Shown: positions 9,891-20,101, counted from the stretch's first letter. The stretch: 64,000 bases of DNA from Thermoanaerobaculia bacterium (GCA_963806095.1 CAWDWV010000003.1:64657-128656); one strand, 5' to 3'. Translations and numbers: made by a program. The notes: generated by a model from the letters alone, not told the origin.

Positions 9891-11806
9891 TCAGAGCTTG
9901 AAGTGGATCGGCAGGTCGACCCACCTCTTGACCGGCTGCCCACCCTGGGTGGCGGCCGCGAAGCGGGCGCCCTTGGCAGCCTGCAGGGCAGACTGATCGA
10001 AGCCGAAGCCCTTCTGCTCGCCCTTGAGCTCGGCCTGTTCCACGCGGCCGCGCTCGTCGACCAGCACCCGCACCACCACCGTCGCCTCTTTGCGCATGCG
10101 CTGGGCGATGGCCGGGTAGGTGGGGTTGGGCCGCGCCAGCAGCTTCGGCGGGGTGGAGGCGCTGGGGGCCGCCTGGGCGTCGGCGACGTCCGTGGGCAGC
10201 GCCGCCTGCGCCGGCTCCGGCTGCGCGGGTGCCGGCGCGGCGGCGGCGGTGGTCGCGGCACGGCGGCGGGTGCCGTGCTCGGCGCCGGCGCCGCGGCTGC
10301 CTGGGTGGCGGCGGGCCGCACCGGCTGGGACGCCACGGTGGCGAGGGGCGCCGGCCGGCTGGGCGGCGGTGCCGGAGCGTCGGCCGCCTGCTGCGCCTGT
10401 TGGGCGCGCTGTTTGGCCGTGTCCATCTCCTTGCGCATGGAGGCGAGCTGCTCGTCGTAGCGCGCCTGCATGTCCTTGCTCTGCTTCTCCAGCAGCTCCT
10501 TGTACTGCTGCTCGATGCGCGCCGCCTCGGCCAGCTGCGCCGCCGCCTGCTGCCTGCAGGGCGGTGCGGTCGGCGCTGGGCGGCGGGGCAGGAGTGGCGG
10601 CGGTGGTGACGGGGGCGGGCGTGGCCTTGCCGCGCAGGAGGAAGTACCCGACCGCCCGCGCCGATCACCAGCAGGGCGGCGATGGCGCCGATCACCAGCT
10701 TGGTCTTGCCCGCCTTCTCGCGGGCGCGCACCTGCGTCTCGGTCAGCACGCCGGTGGGCTCGCGCAGCTCGGAGCTCATCGAGCCGAAGGTGGGCGCCTT
10801 GACGGCCGGCTGCGCCGCGGCGGCTGCGGCAGCGCGCCGCGGCGGCGGCCGCCGCCGGCGGCAGCTGCAGCTCCATCGTCTTCTCCACCTCGATCTCGCG
10901 CGACTCCTTCTCGATCTCGTCGCGGAAGAGGTTGTGCATGAAGAAGGCGAGGTTGAACGTCGTCGGGTTGTACTGCCCCTCGAACATCATCCGCGACAGC
11001 GCCTTGTGCCAGCTGATGACGTCGCCGAGCCGCTTGTCGGCGGTGGTGAGGCTCTGCTTGAGCAGGCGCTTGAGGTCCTCGGGCAGCGGCGTGCCCTCGG
11101 AGGAGAGCTCGGCGTTGTCGATGAACGCGGCGAGGTCGCCGTCGGTGGGCACCGGCTGGCTGGTGAGCAGCTCGAGCAGGATGGCGCCCAGCGAGTAGAC
11201 GTCGTCGGACTTGCTGGCGGCAGCGCCGGAACGCGCCTCGGGCGAGAGGTAGCGCGCCAGCGGCTTGGTGGCCACCGCGCCGCGCACCACCTGGCGCAGG
11301 CCGGGAGCCGCCTCGAAGCCGAGCAGCCGCGTCTCGCCTTCGTTGGAGATCATCACCAGCTGCGGCAGCACGCAGCCGTGCAGCACGCGGTCGTCGTCGA
11401 GCCGCGTCTCGTAGCCGACGGCGAGGGCGAGCGCAATCCGCTCGGCGATGAGCAACGCGTGATCGGATGGGATCGGGTGGTTGCGGCGGCGGGCCTGCTC
11501 CTGCAGTGCCGCCAGGTCCTTGCCCGAGACGTAGTCGTAGGCGACGAACGGCACGCCGCGCACCTCGCCGAGGTCGACGCCGTTGCCGATGTTGGGCGAC
11601 ACCAGGGCCTGGTGCACCGCCTTGCGTTTTTGCAGGGCCGCCGAGAGCGTGGCGGCGTCGATGCCGGTGCCGTTGAAGACGCGCAGCAGGACCACCTGCT
11701 CCATGCCGTGCCCGCCGACGCGGCCGGCACGGAAGGTCTCGCCCAGGGCGTCCTCGGCCAACTTCTTCAGGAGGAGATACTTCCCGAACTGCTCCCGGAT
11801 GTTCAT
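9891..11806 (-). pseudogene. Ser/Thr-kinase-like domain + TM + coiled coil + Pro-rich linker + TonB C-terminal domain. Needs 4 frame changes.
   Basis: Kinase-like N-terminus (FGKYLLLKKLAEDALGE..., DDVYSLGAILLELLT). TM segment LVIGAIAALLVIGAGG. Coiled coil IEQQYKELLEKQSKDMQARYDEQL. TonB_C region ARPNPTYPAIAQRMRKEATVVVRVLVDERGRVEQAEL. The reading frame changes at about 10.82-10.87, 10.65, 10.555 and 10.25 kb. Confidence 0.65.
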
Positions 11807-11990
11807 CTCCGTGCTCCTCGCCGCAGGGATGTCGAGGATGGCCAAGCTCCTTGATACACCACGGGGTCCGTGGAGTCAAACGGCGCGGAGGGCGGCTGGG
11901 TCGCGGAAGGGAGCCTCACCTCGACGCGTTGAGCGAGTTGCTTGAATCCGCACGCCGGACTGGCGCAACGGTGAGAAAATCCGCGGAAAC

Positions 11991-12362
11991 ATGGAAGCCT
12001 CGGATCACGCTGCGTATCGAAATCGCGTGGTAGACCGCCTACGGGCGCTGGTGGACTCGCGCGGCTACTCGGTGGCGGACGTCGAGAAGAAGCTCGCGCA
12101 CAGCCGCGGCTACGTGGCGGACGCGCTGCGGGGCGTCAAGAAGCTCAGCGTCGAAGTGATCCTCGAGGTGCTCGCCGCCATCGACGTGCCGCCCGAGACG
12201 TTCTTCGAGCGCCCGATGCCCCAGCCGGCTCTCTTTCGGCGCCGGCGAGGGCGCCGTCCGCGCCGACGCCCCGCCACGGACTCTCTCCCGGAGGACGTGG
12301 AGACAGCAGCACGGCTCCCTGGCCCGCGAGCTCGCGGTGGATGGCGTCGTAGTCGAGGGTAG
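11991..12362 (+). CDS. Small HTH (XRE-like) regulator; 3' end uncertain
   Basis: RGYSVADVEKKLAHSRGYVADALRGVKKLSVEVILEVLAAIDVPPETFF fits an HTH_3-like pattern. The Arg-rich tail after about 12230 looks like out-of-frame read-on. Confidence 0.45.
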   Translation: MEASDHAAYRNRVVDRLRALVDSRGYSVADVEKKLAHSRGYVADALRGVKKLSVEVILEVLAAIDVPPETFFERPMPQPALFRRRRGRRPRRRPATDSLPEDVETAARLPGPRARGGWRRSRG

Positions 12363-12708
12363 CGAAGAAGGGCTCGCGCGCCAGGAGAGGCTCGGACGAG
12401 TCGACCGCGCCGCGCTCGAAGAGGTCGCTGCGGAGGTTCACGAGCGCCTGACCGAAAGCGGTGAGGGCGCCGCTGCAGGCCGCGAGCTGCTGCTTGCCCG
12501 CGGCGACGTGCTCCGCGGCAGCGGCCGCATTGCCGGCGAGCGCAGCGTCGACAGCATCGTGGACCGTACTTAAACCTCCCCGCCACGCGCCGTAGCCCTC
12601 GCCGTAACTGCTGTCCATCGTCGAGCAGCGACTTTCGAGCCGAGCGGTATGCGGGTTGTTGTGTGTCGTCGGAAAGCCGAGAAAGCACTTGATGTTGTGT
12701 GAGCTCAT
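12145..12708 (-). CDS. Hypothetical protein downstream of the CHAT gene; 3' end uncertain
   Basis: ATG 12708 is preceded by an AAGGAG RBS. The protein starts MSSHNIKCFLGFPTTHNNPH.... No family was recognised. The tail overlaps the convergent HTH ORF. Confidence 0.4.
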   Translation of the reverse strand: MSSHNIKCFLGFPTTHNNPHTARLESRCSTMDSSYGEGYGAWRGGLSTVHDAVDAALAGNAAAAAEHVAAGKQQLAACSGALTAFGQALVNLRSDLFERGAVDSSEPLLAREPFFATLDYDAIHRELAGQGAVLLSPRPPGESPWRGVGADGALAGAEREPAGASGARRTSRAARRWRRAPRGSLRR

Positions 12709-12845
12709 GACCAGATCTCCTTGTGCAGGTTCGTTTTCCATCAGGTCGACGAATGTGGCGGCAGCACGAGGAGGGCCGCGAGATCTCGCTCGCGGCAGCG
12801 GGTGGCCGCGCAACCAGGGCGGGATGCTTCCCGGCGGCTCGGCGT

Positions 12846-15800
12846 TCAGCCGCCGAAAGACTCGAACGCCGCCCAGACGCCGGGGGATCGCTGGGCGGAT
12901 TCGGTGCTGTGCATCATCAAGAGCTGGGCGGCGCGCAGTGCCTTCGCAGGCGGCTCGCCATTTAGCAAGCGCCGGTGGAAGGCCGTCATGAGCGGCGCGG
13001 AAGGCACGTCGGCGATCGGCCAAAGGCTCGCTACCACGTCCGACACGCCGGCGGCGAGGAAGGCATGCGCGAGGCTCAGCGGGCCTCCGCCTCCGCCATC
13101 GTTACCGACGCCCGTCTCGCATCCCGACAACACCACCGCCTGAGTGCCGGTGAGGTCGAGCCTGGCAATGTCCGCGGCGACTAGCAAACCTGACCGGCCC
13201 TCCTTCTCGGCCAGCGGCAAGCTCGATCGGTCTGGATCGACGCGATTCGCGAGGGCGTGTCCGGAGAAGTGAACCACGTCCCTGTGGCCGAGCGCAGCGA
13301 GGAACGCAGCTCGCGTGGCGGCATTGCCGAGGAGCAGCTCGCGACGCGAGTAGAGCGCCGCCACCTCGCGAGCCTCCAATCTCGCCCCGGGGAGCGATCG
13401 GATCGCCGGGAACAAGGTCGGGTCAGTACGAGGATCGCCAACGACCAAGGCGTCGCGCGGCGTATCGGGGAGCTTCACACGGCGAGCTCGACTGCGCAGG
13501 AAGGCGACCGCGCTGGGAGCGATCGCAACCTCCCGCTCTTCGATCAGGAAGCGCCCGCTCGTCGGATCGATCAGTGCGGCAAACGGCAAGCTGTGCAAGT
13601 CCTTGTCGGGAACGATGACCAACCGACCGTTTGCGGGCTTCACCGGCGCCAGCAATGCGGAGTAGAGCTGCATCGCAGTCTCACGCGTGGCCGCGGTCCA
13701 GGCGCCGGCTTCGAGATCGGCCGCGAATGCCGAAATCAGCCGCCGCAGGTCGCGGGGAGATTTCCCAAGGCGTACGACAGAGACGCGGCTCCGTTCGACT
13801 CGCCACACCGTCACGCCGTCGGAAAGCCAGGAGTACAGGACTAGCGTGGTGTTGGGATCGAGTCGCGCCGCGACCTCGGCAGGCCGCAATGGCGCGCCTG
13901 TGAAGGAGTCGGCGCGTGCCTCGCCATTCCGCGTGAGCGCGCGGACGCGTTGCGCTCTCCCGGCCTCGGCCGCCGCGAACGCATCGTCTGCACGGCCTTG
14001 CATGAGCGCCAGCCGCACCCGCTCCGCAAAGAGCTCATCGGGCCGATCGAACCGAGGCGTCGAGAGCTGGCGGCTCTCCTGACCTCCTTCCTCGTCCATG
14101 AGCGCCAGTCCCTGGCGGAGGTCAGCTTCAGCTGCAGCGGCCTGGCCGGCCAGGACGTGGGCACGAGCCCGGGCGAGCAGGATCCCCGGCAGCCGCCAGT
14201 GGAGCCCCCGCGCGCGAAATCCGTCGAAGGCGCGTGAGAGGAGCTGTACGGCTTGCTCGGGATCGGTCGCAACCAGTCCGTAAGCGAAGTCCAGATCGGG
14301 GGCGAGATCGCGGCGTTCGAAGGGCCTTGCGCGGCTCATCCAGGCGCCGGCGCGCCGAAGCTCCTGAGCTGCCTCGTGCCGGCGCCCGAGCTCGCGCAGC
14401 ACGCGGCCACGCCAGAGGTAGGTGCGGGCGATCTGGTCCGGCTCGCTCATGTCGGGCTCTGCCAAGGTCGCCGCGAGAAAATCGGCGGCGACCCTTGGAT
14501 GTCCCTGATACAGCGCCAGGATGCCGGACAAGCGGAGGATGTCCATTGCACGTTCGCGATCTGTGAGGATCGCGGCTTGCTCCAGGGCGATTCGTCGATG
14601 CCTCCAACAGGCGTCACTGGTGCCCATCAGGCCGTAGACGTCGCCGATGAGATGGTGCAACGCCACAGCGGGTTCGACGTCATCAAGCCGTTCATAGGCG
14701 TCGAGCGAGAGCCGGTATTCCGCTAGGGCGGTCGCGAAGTTCCCGTGCCTGACGTGCAAGACGCCGGAGATCCACCACGCACGACCGATGGTCGCCAAGT
14801 CGCGGGGCGAGTGGCGGGCGATCGCTGAGGCTTGTGCGCCTACCTCACCGCCGCGGTAGCCCAAGCACGCCAACCGCACGAGGGCGGCCCACGCGAGGGC
14901 TGGGCTTTCCGCCGGAAGCGCGCTGAGCGCGCGCTCCGCCGCGCCCTCGGCAGCGTCGAGGTCGAAGGCGGCAAGCGCGCGGCTCGCCTGTCCGAGGTCG
15001 CGGTATGCGGTGACCAGCCGTTCCAGGGCGCTGCCCGTTGCGTTCTCGATTTCGGCAACCGCTTCGCGCAGGGTCAGGTCGGTGGTCTGCGCCTCCCACT
15101 CGTCGGCGATCAGGCGGGCGGCTGCGAGTTGGCGCTCCGCCGCTGTCCGGTCGCCGGACAGCCACGCTTCTGCCCAACCGGGCAGCAAGTCTTCCTGCAC
15201 GCTCGCGCGAGCGAGGTGACGATGCGACGCGACGAGCTCCGCGAGCCGTTCGCGGTCGCCACCGTCCGCGGCCGCCGCGATTTCGGCGCGGATGCGAGCT
15301 GGATCGGGCCGCGCCGGAATGACGATCGCCTCCAACCGCCGCTGCGCTTCGCGCGCCCACGCGCCTGAGTCATCGACGTCGAGATAGGCCTGCCAAGCCG
15401 CGAGCGCCGAGCGCCGCAGGTAGAGGCGCTCGAGCGCCAAAGCGCGGTTAAACAGTGCCTCGGGAAGCCGCGGCGAGATCTCGAGCGCGCGATCGATGGC
15501 TTCGAGGGCCGCGGGAATGTCGGCGTCACGGTCCTCCAGCTCGGCACCAGGGTTTTGCAGCCGACGCCGCTCGGCGAGCTCCGCGCGCGCCAGCAGCGCG
15601 GCCCCGAGGTCGCTCAGCAGCTCGGCCGAGTCCGGCGCCGCCGCCGTTGCGCGCTGGAGCGCCTCTACCGCCGACTCGGTGCGTCCGCCGAGTGCGTAGA
15701 CGGCTCCGACCGCTCCCAGCTCAGCGGCGGTTGGATCGGCGGACGCTCGCCGGCGCTGCTGCGCGGCTGCGACGTAGCGGGCAGTCCCAGGCTCCAGGTA

Positions 15801-16430
15801 AGGCTCGCGCGAGAGCTGCGCGCTCCATCGCCCGACGAGAGGCGCCCACGCCAGCCCGCCCGTGAACCGAGGTGTCACGAGTCGCTCGGCGCGCGCTGTC
15901 GAGTCGGGCGTGGTTTCGCGCCGGCTCTTGGGCAGGTGAGTGCCGAGGACCGCCCCGAGTACGACCGCGAGGGCAACGACGATCAGTGTCGCCGGTCGTG
16001 TCCTTCGCGGCGGATGGATCCTCGACGGTTCGGTTCCCGCAGCCGCGTAGACCAACAGCGAGGTGGGCCACGGGATCTTCGATTCCGCCGAGTCGCTACC
16101 CGGGAGCAGCGTCCGCAAGCGCTTGGAATCGACCCATTCGAACCGCCTCGGGCCTGGCGAGTTCCCGACCACGCGCTCGTCTTGTCTCTCTGAGATCTTG
16201 ACGAGCGCCTGGATGAGTTCCTGGACATCGTCGCCGCACCTGTCACACCGCTCGAGGTGGGCGGTCACCCGTGTCTGCTCGTCGGGCGGGAGCTTCCCCT
16301 CGAAATACTCGCTATACGTGTCCTGATCGGGGCACGGGCCCGGACCCCACCCGAAACGCCATCGGCGGAGTCGGGACGCAAGGCCGCGCCGGCGGCTCGA
16401 CTTGCGGTGGCGCCCGCTCTCAGCCGCCAC
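12846..16430 (-). CDS. zf-HC2 (anti-sigma-like) + TM + TPR array + CHAT protease domain protein
   Basis: N-terminal HLERCDRCGDDV, TM segment TLIVVALAVVLGAVLG, and long TPR-like repeats. The C-terminal CHAT domain has VVHFSGHA and AVVLSGCETG (caspase-like His/Cys dyad). Confidence 0.85.
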   Translation of the reverse strand: MAAESGRHRKSSRRRGLASRLRRWRFGWGPGPCPDQDTYSEYFEGKLPPDEQTRVTAHLERCDRCGDDVQELIQALVKISERQDERVVGNSPGPRRFEWVDSKRLRTLLPGSDSAESKIPWPTSLLVYAAAGTEPSRIHPPRRTRPATLIVVALAVVLGAVLGTHLPKSRRETTPDSTARAERLVTPRFTGGLAWAPLVGRWSAQLSREPYLEPGTARYVAAAQQRRRASADPTAAELGAVGAVYALGGRTESAVEALQRATAAAPDSAELLSDLGAALLARAELAERRRLQNPGAELEDRDADIPAALEAIDRALEISPRLPEALFNRALALERLYLRRSALAAWQAYLDVDDSGAWAREAQRRLEAIVIPARPDPARIRAEIAAAADGGDRERLAELVASHRHLARASVQEDLLPGWAEAWLSGDRTAAERQLAAARLIADEWEAQTTDLTLREAVAEIENATGSALERLVTAYRDLGQASRALAAFDLDAAEGAAERALSALPAESPALAWAALVRLACLGYRGGEVGAQASAIARHSPRDLATIGRAWWISGVLHVRHGNFATALAEYRLSLDAYERLDDVEPAVALHHLIGDVYGLMGTSDACWRHRRIALEQAAILTDRERAMDILRLSGILALYQGHPRVAADFLAATLAEPDMSEPDQIARTYLWRGRVLRELGRRHEAAQELRRAGAWMSRARPFERRDLAPDLDFAYGLVATDPEQAVQLLSRAFDGFRARGLHWRLPGILLARARAHVLAGQAAAAEADLRQGLALMDEEGGQESRQLSTPRFDRPDELFAERVRLALMQGRADDAFAAAEAGRAQRVRALTRNGEARADSFTGAPLRPAEVAARLDPNTTLVLYSWLSDGVTVWRVERSRVSVVRLGKSPRDLRRLISAFAADLEAGAWTAATRETAMQLYSALLAPVKPANGRLVIVPDKDLHSLPFAALIDPTSGRFLIEEREVAIAPSAVAFLRSRARRVKLPDTPRDALVVGDPRTDPTLFPAIRSLPGARLEAREVAALYSRRELLLGNAATRAAFLAALGHRDVVHFSGHALANRVDPDRSSLPLAEKEGRSGLLVAADIARLDLTGTQAVVLSGCETGVGNDGGGGGPLSLAHAFLAAGVSDVVASLWPIADVPSAPLMTAFHRRLLNGEPPAKALRAAQLLMMHSTESAQRSPGVWAAFESFGG

Positions 16431-16760
16431 TCGAGCGACTCCCGATCATGTCGCGAGGTATAGACGGCCTCGATCTGCCGAATTCCCCTTGCCGGGCTGC
16501 GGAGCGGGACGATTACCGCCGATTCGAAGGTGCCCCGCAGACCATTCCAAGCCTGAACCTCTTGACAGGCCGCTTGTCCCGCGAGATATTTCCGCCTATA
16601 AGCAGAAACTCACGGTCAAACAGGCGAAGCTGTGTAGCGGGGCATTTCCAGCAGTGGTCCGAGGTCTCGGCTCGGGGCCGAGGATCTGGTCCATGCGGTG
16701 ACCGCGATGATTCCCGTCGCGATCTGAATTCCAACTCGGGACCTGAGAACAGGAGGCGGT

Positions 16761-17495
16761 GTGAGAGTCACATGGAATCGTCTGCTACCCGTAGTCTTCG
16801 CTGCCACGTTTGCACTGATCGTCGCAGCCAAGGCAGAGGCGAACTGTGCGCGCTGCAACGCGGGGAGTTGCGACTCTGCGAACGGGTGGGAATCGGGCAA
16901 CTGCTCTTGTCACGTGACCACGAGGTGTATTCAGGACACATGCTGGTCCGTCTGCCGCCCTCAGGGTGTGTGTGACGCCACTCAAGGATGTTTGAGTGGT
17001 GGCGGCGATGGCCCGCCATCGAATGTCGTGGGAGGCGGAGGCGGGAACAAGGGCAGCCGTTGTCAGTCATCCGGCAATCACGCAAGCGCCACCGAGCGAA
17101 TCGCCTTTGTGGCCGACTCCGTGGTGTTCGATCTTCTAGACGCGCAGTTTCCTCTCCTGGGAGAAGTGGTCCACGCCATCGACCTGGAAGAGGGACCGTT
17201 CAGCGGGAACATGGGCTGGCGTCCTGCTGGAGAGCCGGACGCGAAGCCAGTACCGGGCCCGGCCTTCTCGGGCTCCCTGGCACGCGCACACGGCGGCCAG
17301 ATCAGGCTGTCCGTGTCCCTTCGCCCCGCTGAGGATTCAGGCTCGGACGGCATCATCCAGTACGAACTCGTAATGTCCAGGGACCTCCTGAGCGGCGACG
17401 TGATCGAGAAACGAGCCGAACGAGAGGTCCTCTTCAGCTGGACTGCCGAGGATGTCGCGAGGGAACGCCGTCACCTGTCCGGCCAGACACGATAA
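16761..17495 (+). CDS. Secreted Cys-rich hypothetical protein
   Basis: GTG start after an AGGAGG RBS. Signal peptide LLPVVFAATFALIVAAKAEA, then 12 Cys in about 50 aa (CARCNAGSCDSANGWESGNCSCHVTTRCIQDTCWSVCRPQGVCDATQGC). No family was recognised. Confidence 0.6.
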   Translation: MRVTWNRLLPVVFAATFALIVAAKAEANCARCNAGSCDSANGWESGNCSCHVTTRCIQDTCWSVCRPQGVCDATQGCLSGGGDGPPSNVVGGGGGNKGSRCQSSGNHASATERIAFVADSVVFDLLDAQFPLLGEVVHAIDLEEGPFSGNMGWRPAGEPDAKPVPGPAFSGSLARAHGGQIRLSVSLRPAEDSGSDGIIQYELVMSRDLLSGDVIEKRAEREVLFSWTAEDVARERRHLSGQTR

Positions 17496-17517
17496 GTGCG
17501 CACGGTTGACTAACGCG

Positions 17518-17548
17518 ATCGCCGGCGCGCGAGCGGCGCCGGCGATCC
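17518..17548. terminator. Perfect 12-bp stem hairpin between convergent genes
   Basis: gatcgccggcgc-gcgagcg-gcgccggcgatc. There is no clear U-tract. Confidence 0.35.
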
Positions 17549-17697
17549 TGTCGTGCGTTCTGCGGCGCGGCGGTCGCCCGGCGCTGCAAACAGAAGCTGG
17601 CGGCGGGCACCCCTCGCGCCGCTGACGCGCGCACCCATTACCCGGGTCCCCCCGCCTGTCGGTCGGCGAGCTCGTGCCGGCGCCGCTGTTGGGGACC

Positions 17698-18333
17698 CTA
17701 AGGTGCCGGTGCCGCCGGGAGCAGCGCGCGGGGAAGGGCTGGGAGCTTGGCGCCCTGCGTGCCGTCCAGGCTGAGCCGGAGTTGCTCGTAGGCGGCAGCA
17801 GTCGCCGTGACCCAGTTCTCGTCGCTGCTCAGAGCCCTGGCGACAGCTCGAACCGAGGCCGCGTCTTCGTCGGCGAGTTGCTCGATGATGAGACCGAGCT
17901 CGACGATGTTGCGCAGGCGAGAACCCTCGCGGCCGGTCACGAAACCGGAGTGGTCGAAATCGGCAGCTGCCTTCAGCCGCTGGAGCTCGACGGCGGTGCG
18001 TTGCTCGACCTCGGCCTTGAGTCGTTTCTGCTCGGGCGACTCGGCGCCAGGGCGAAAGCAGAGCGCCGTGGAGTACGTGCGCCCGTAGGAGCCGTCTTCG
18101 CCTTTCTCGACGAGGAGCGTCGAGCCTCCGGCGAGAATGTTGGCCACGGTACGGATCTCGCTCTCGGCGCCTTCGGTCATGGCGGCGGCGCGACGCTCGG
18201 CCAGGTACTGCTCCAACTCGCTATTCGCGGGCTTGCTCCCGGCGGGCTGGCTACTCGCGGACATGGGCAGCGCGACGAGCGAGCAGGTGACGAGGAACTT
18301 TGCGAAGGGGCGAATGCGCGCGTCACTGGTCAT
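17698..18333 (-). CDS. Secreted hypothetical protein with one EF-hand-like loop
   Basis: Signal peptide FLVTCSLVALPMSASS. DFDHSGFVTGRE fits the canonical 12-residue EF-hand loop DxDxSGxVxxxE. Confidence 0.55.
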   Translation of the reverse strand: MTSDARIRPFAKFLVTCSLVALPMSASSQPAGSKPANSELEQYLAERRAAAMTEGAESEIRTVANILAGGSTLLVEKGEDGSYGRTYSTALCFRPGAESPEQKRLKAEVEQRTAVELQRLKAAADFDHSGFVTGREGSRLRNIVELGLIIEQLADEDAASVRAVARALSSDENWVTATAAAYEQLRLSLDGTQGAKLPALPRALLPAAPAP

Positions 18334-18362
18334 CGGCGATCACCCTCTTGATCAATTATGTC

Positions 18363-19529
18363 TCAGCGACGGCGTCCCGGCACCAGGGGTGAGGGTGAGG
18401 GCACGGCGCGCTCGGCGGCACGGCGGTCGCGCCAGTAGCGGCGCTGCCAGGTGGAGACGTTGCGGTTGTGCTCGTCGAGGGTGGTGGCGAAGACGTGGGT
18501 GCCGTCGTTCTTGCTGACGAAGTAGAGGTAGGGGACGTCGGCGGGAGCGGCGGCGGCGGCGAGGGCGCCGGTGCCGGAGGAGCAGATCGGTCCCGGCGGC
18601 AGGCCCGCATGCTTGTACGTGTTATACGGCGAGTCGAGGGCGAGGTCGGCCTTGCGGATGTTGCCGTCCCAGCGGCCCAGGCGTTTGAGCGCGAAGATCA
18701 CGGTCGGGTCGGCGAAGAGGCCCATGCCGCGCTCGAGGCGGTTGGCGTAGACGGCGGCGATCAGCGGCCGCTCGGCGGCGGCCTTGGCCTCCTTCTCGAC
18801 GATGCTGGCGAGGGTCACCACCTCGCGCATCGTGCGGCCGCCGTCGGCGGTGAGGCGCGGCGTGACCTCCGTGCGCCAGCGACGCCGGAAGTTGGCGACC
18901 ATGGCGTCGACGATGGCGCGCGGCGGCGTCTCGGCGGCGAAGGTGTAGCTGTCGGGGAAGAGGTAGCCCTCGAGGTCTTCGGCGCGCGGGTCGAGGTCGG
19001 CGATCGGCTTGGCGTCGCGCATGAGGGCGAGGAAGGCGTCGCGGTCGCCCAGCCGCGCCGCCACCAGGCGGTCGGCGGTTTCCTCGAGGGTCAGCCCTTC
19101 GGGAACGGTGACCCGGTGGGCGACGACGTCGCCGCGGATCACCTTGCCGAGCGCGTCGGGTGTCGAGAGCGGAGCGCGGAAGAGGTACTCGCCGGCCTGC
19201 AGCGGCGGGTCGCCCTGCGCGAGCAGCCAGACGCGAGCGAGCCGCGCGTCGCGGATCACCCCTTCGCGCTCGAGGGTGGCGAGGATGGCGAGACCGCTGG
19301 TGCCGGGCTCGACGTTCACCCGCTGCTCGCCGCGGAAGCCGGCGTAGGGCTGCGCGAGGGAGCGCCACCCCCACCAGCCGGCGGCGGTGACGGCGAGCGC
19401 GAGCAGCAGGGCGAGGACGGCGAGCCGGCGCAGGAACCGGCGGAAGCCGCCGCCGCGCGGCCGCTTGGTGCGAGGGCGCCGTGGTGCTCCGTTGCCGTTG
19501 CCGTTGCCGTTGCCGCCGCGTGCGCTCAT
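18363..19529 (-). CDS. mltG: Endolytic murein transglycosylase MltG (YceG-like)
   Basis: YLFPDSYTF, LASIVEKEA and PYNTYKHAGLPPGPICSSG, with an N-terminal TM anchor. Confidence 0.9.
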   Translation of the reverse strand: MSARGGNGNGNGNGAPRRPRTKRPRGGGFRRFLRRLAVLALLLALAVTAAGWWGWRSLAQPYAGFRGEQRVNVEPGTSGLAILATLEREGVIRDARLARVWLLAQGDPPLQAGEYLFRAPLSTPDALGKVIRGDVVAHRVTVPEGLTLEETADRLVAARLGDRDAFLALMRDAKPIADLDPRAEDLEGYLFPDSYTFAAETPPRAIVDAMVANFRRRWRTEVTPRLTADGGRTMREVVTLASIVEKEAKAAAERPLIAAVYANRLERGMGLFADPTVIFALKRLGRWDGNIRKADLALDSPYNTYKHAGLPPGPICSSGTGALAAAAAPADVPYLYFVSKNDGTHVFATTLDEHNRNVSTWQRRYWRDRRAAERAVPSPSPLVPGRRR

Positions 19530-20011
19530 TTTCCTTCCTCGGCCGGCGCACCTTCTTCGGCCGACGCAGCGGCAGAAGCTTGTGCGCGTTCCTCGCGCCC
19601 CAGCACGTCCTCGAGCAGCAGCTGCGCCGCCACCTGGTCGACGCGCTCCGGATGGCGCCGCGGGTCGACGCCGGCGGCACGCAGCCGCTCCTCGGCGGCG
19701 CGGCTGGTGAGGGCCTCGTCGACGAGCGCGCAGGGCAGGCCGGTGGCGGCCTGCAGGCGGCGGGCGAAGGCGCCCACCCGCCGCGCCGCGTCGCCGGCCG
19801 TGCCGTCGAGCCGGCGCGGCTCGCCGACGACGAGGCCGGTGACGCCCTCCTCGCGCGCGACGGCGGCGATCTCGGCGACGGCCTCGGCGTCGCTGCGCCG
19901 CGCCAGCGTGGCGAGCGGCAGCGCCAGCGCGCCTTGCGACACCGCGAGGCCGATGCGCTTGGCGCCGAAATCGACGGCGAGGAGGCGGCGGGGAGCGGCG
20001 GGGGTGGTCAT
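19526..20011 (-). CDS. ruvX: Holliday-junction resolvase-like RuvX/YqgF
   Basis: LLAVDFGAKRIGLAVS, GLVVGEP and VDEALTS. It overlaps the mltG start by 4 nt. Confidence 0.9.
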   Translation of the reverse strand: MTTPAAPRRLLAVDFGAKRIGLAVSQGALALPLATLARRSDAEAVAEIAAVAREEGVTGLVVGEPRRLDGTAGDAARRVGAFARRLQAATGLPCALVDEALTSRAAEERLRAAGVDPRRHPERVDQVAAQLLLEDVLGREERAQASAAASAEEGAPAEEGK

Positions 20012-20101
20012 CGGGCGCCCATGTTACGATCCGGCCGCTTCCGCGGCGGGCACCCGCCGACCCACAACCCTAGCTCGGTTCTGATCAGCGGGGGCCACTC
20101 C

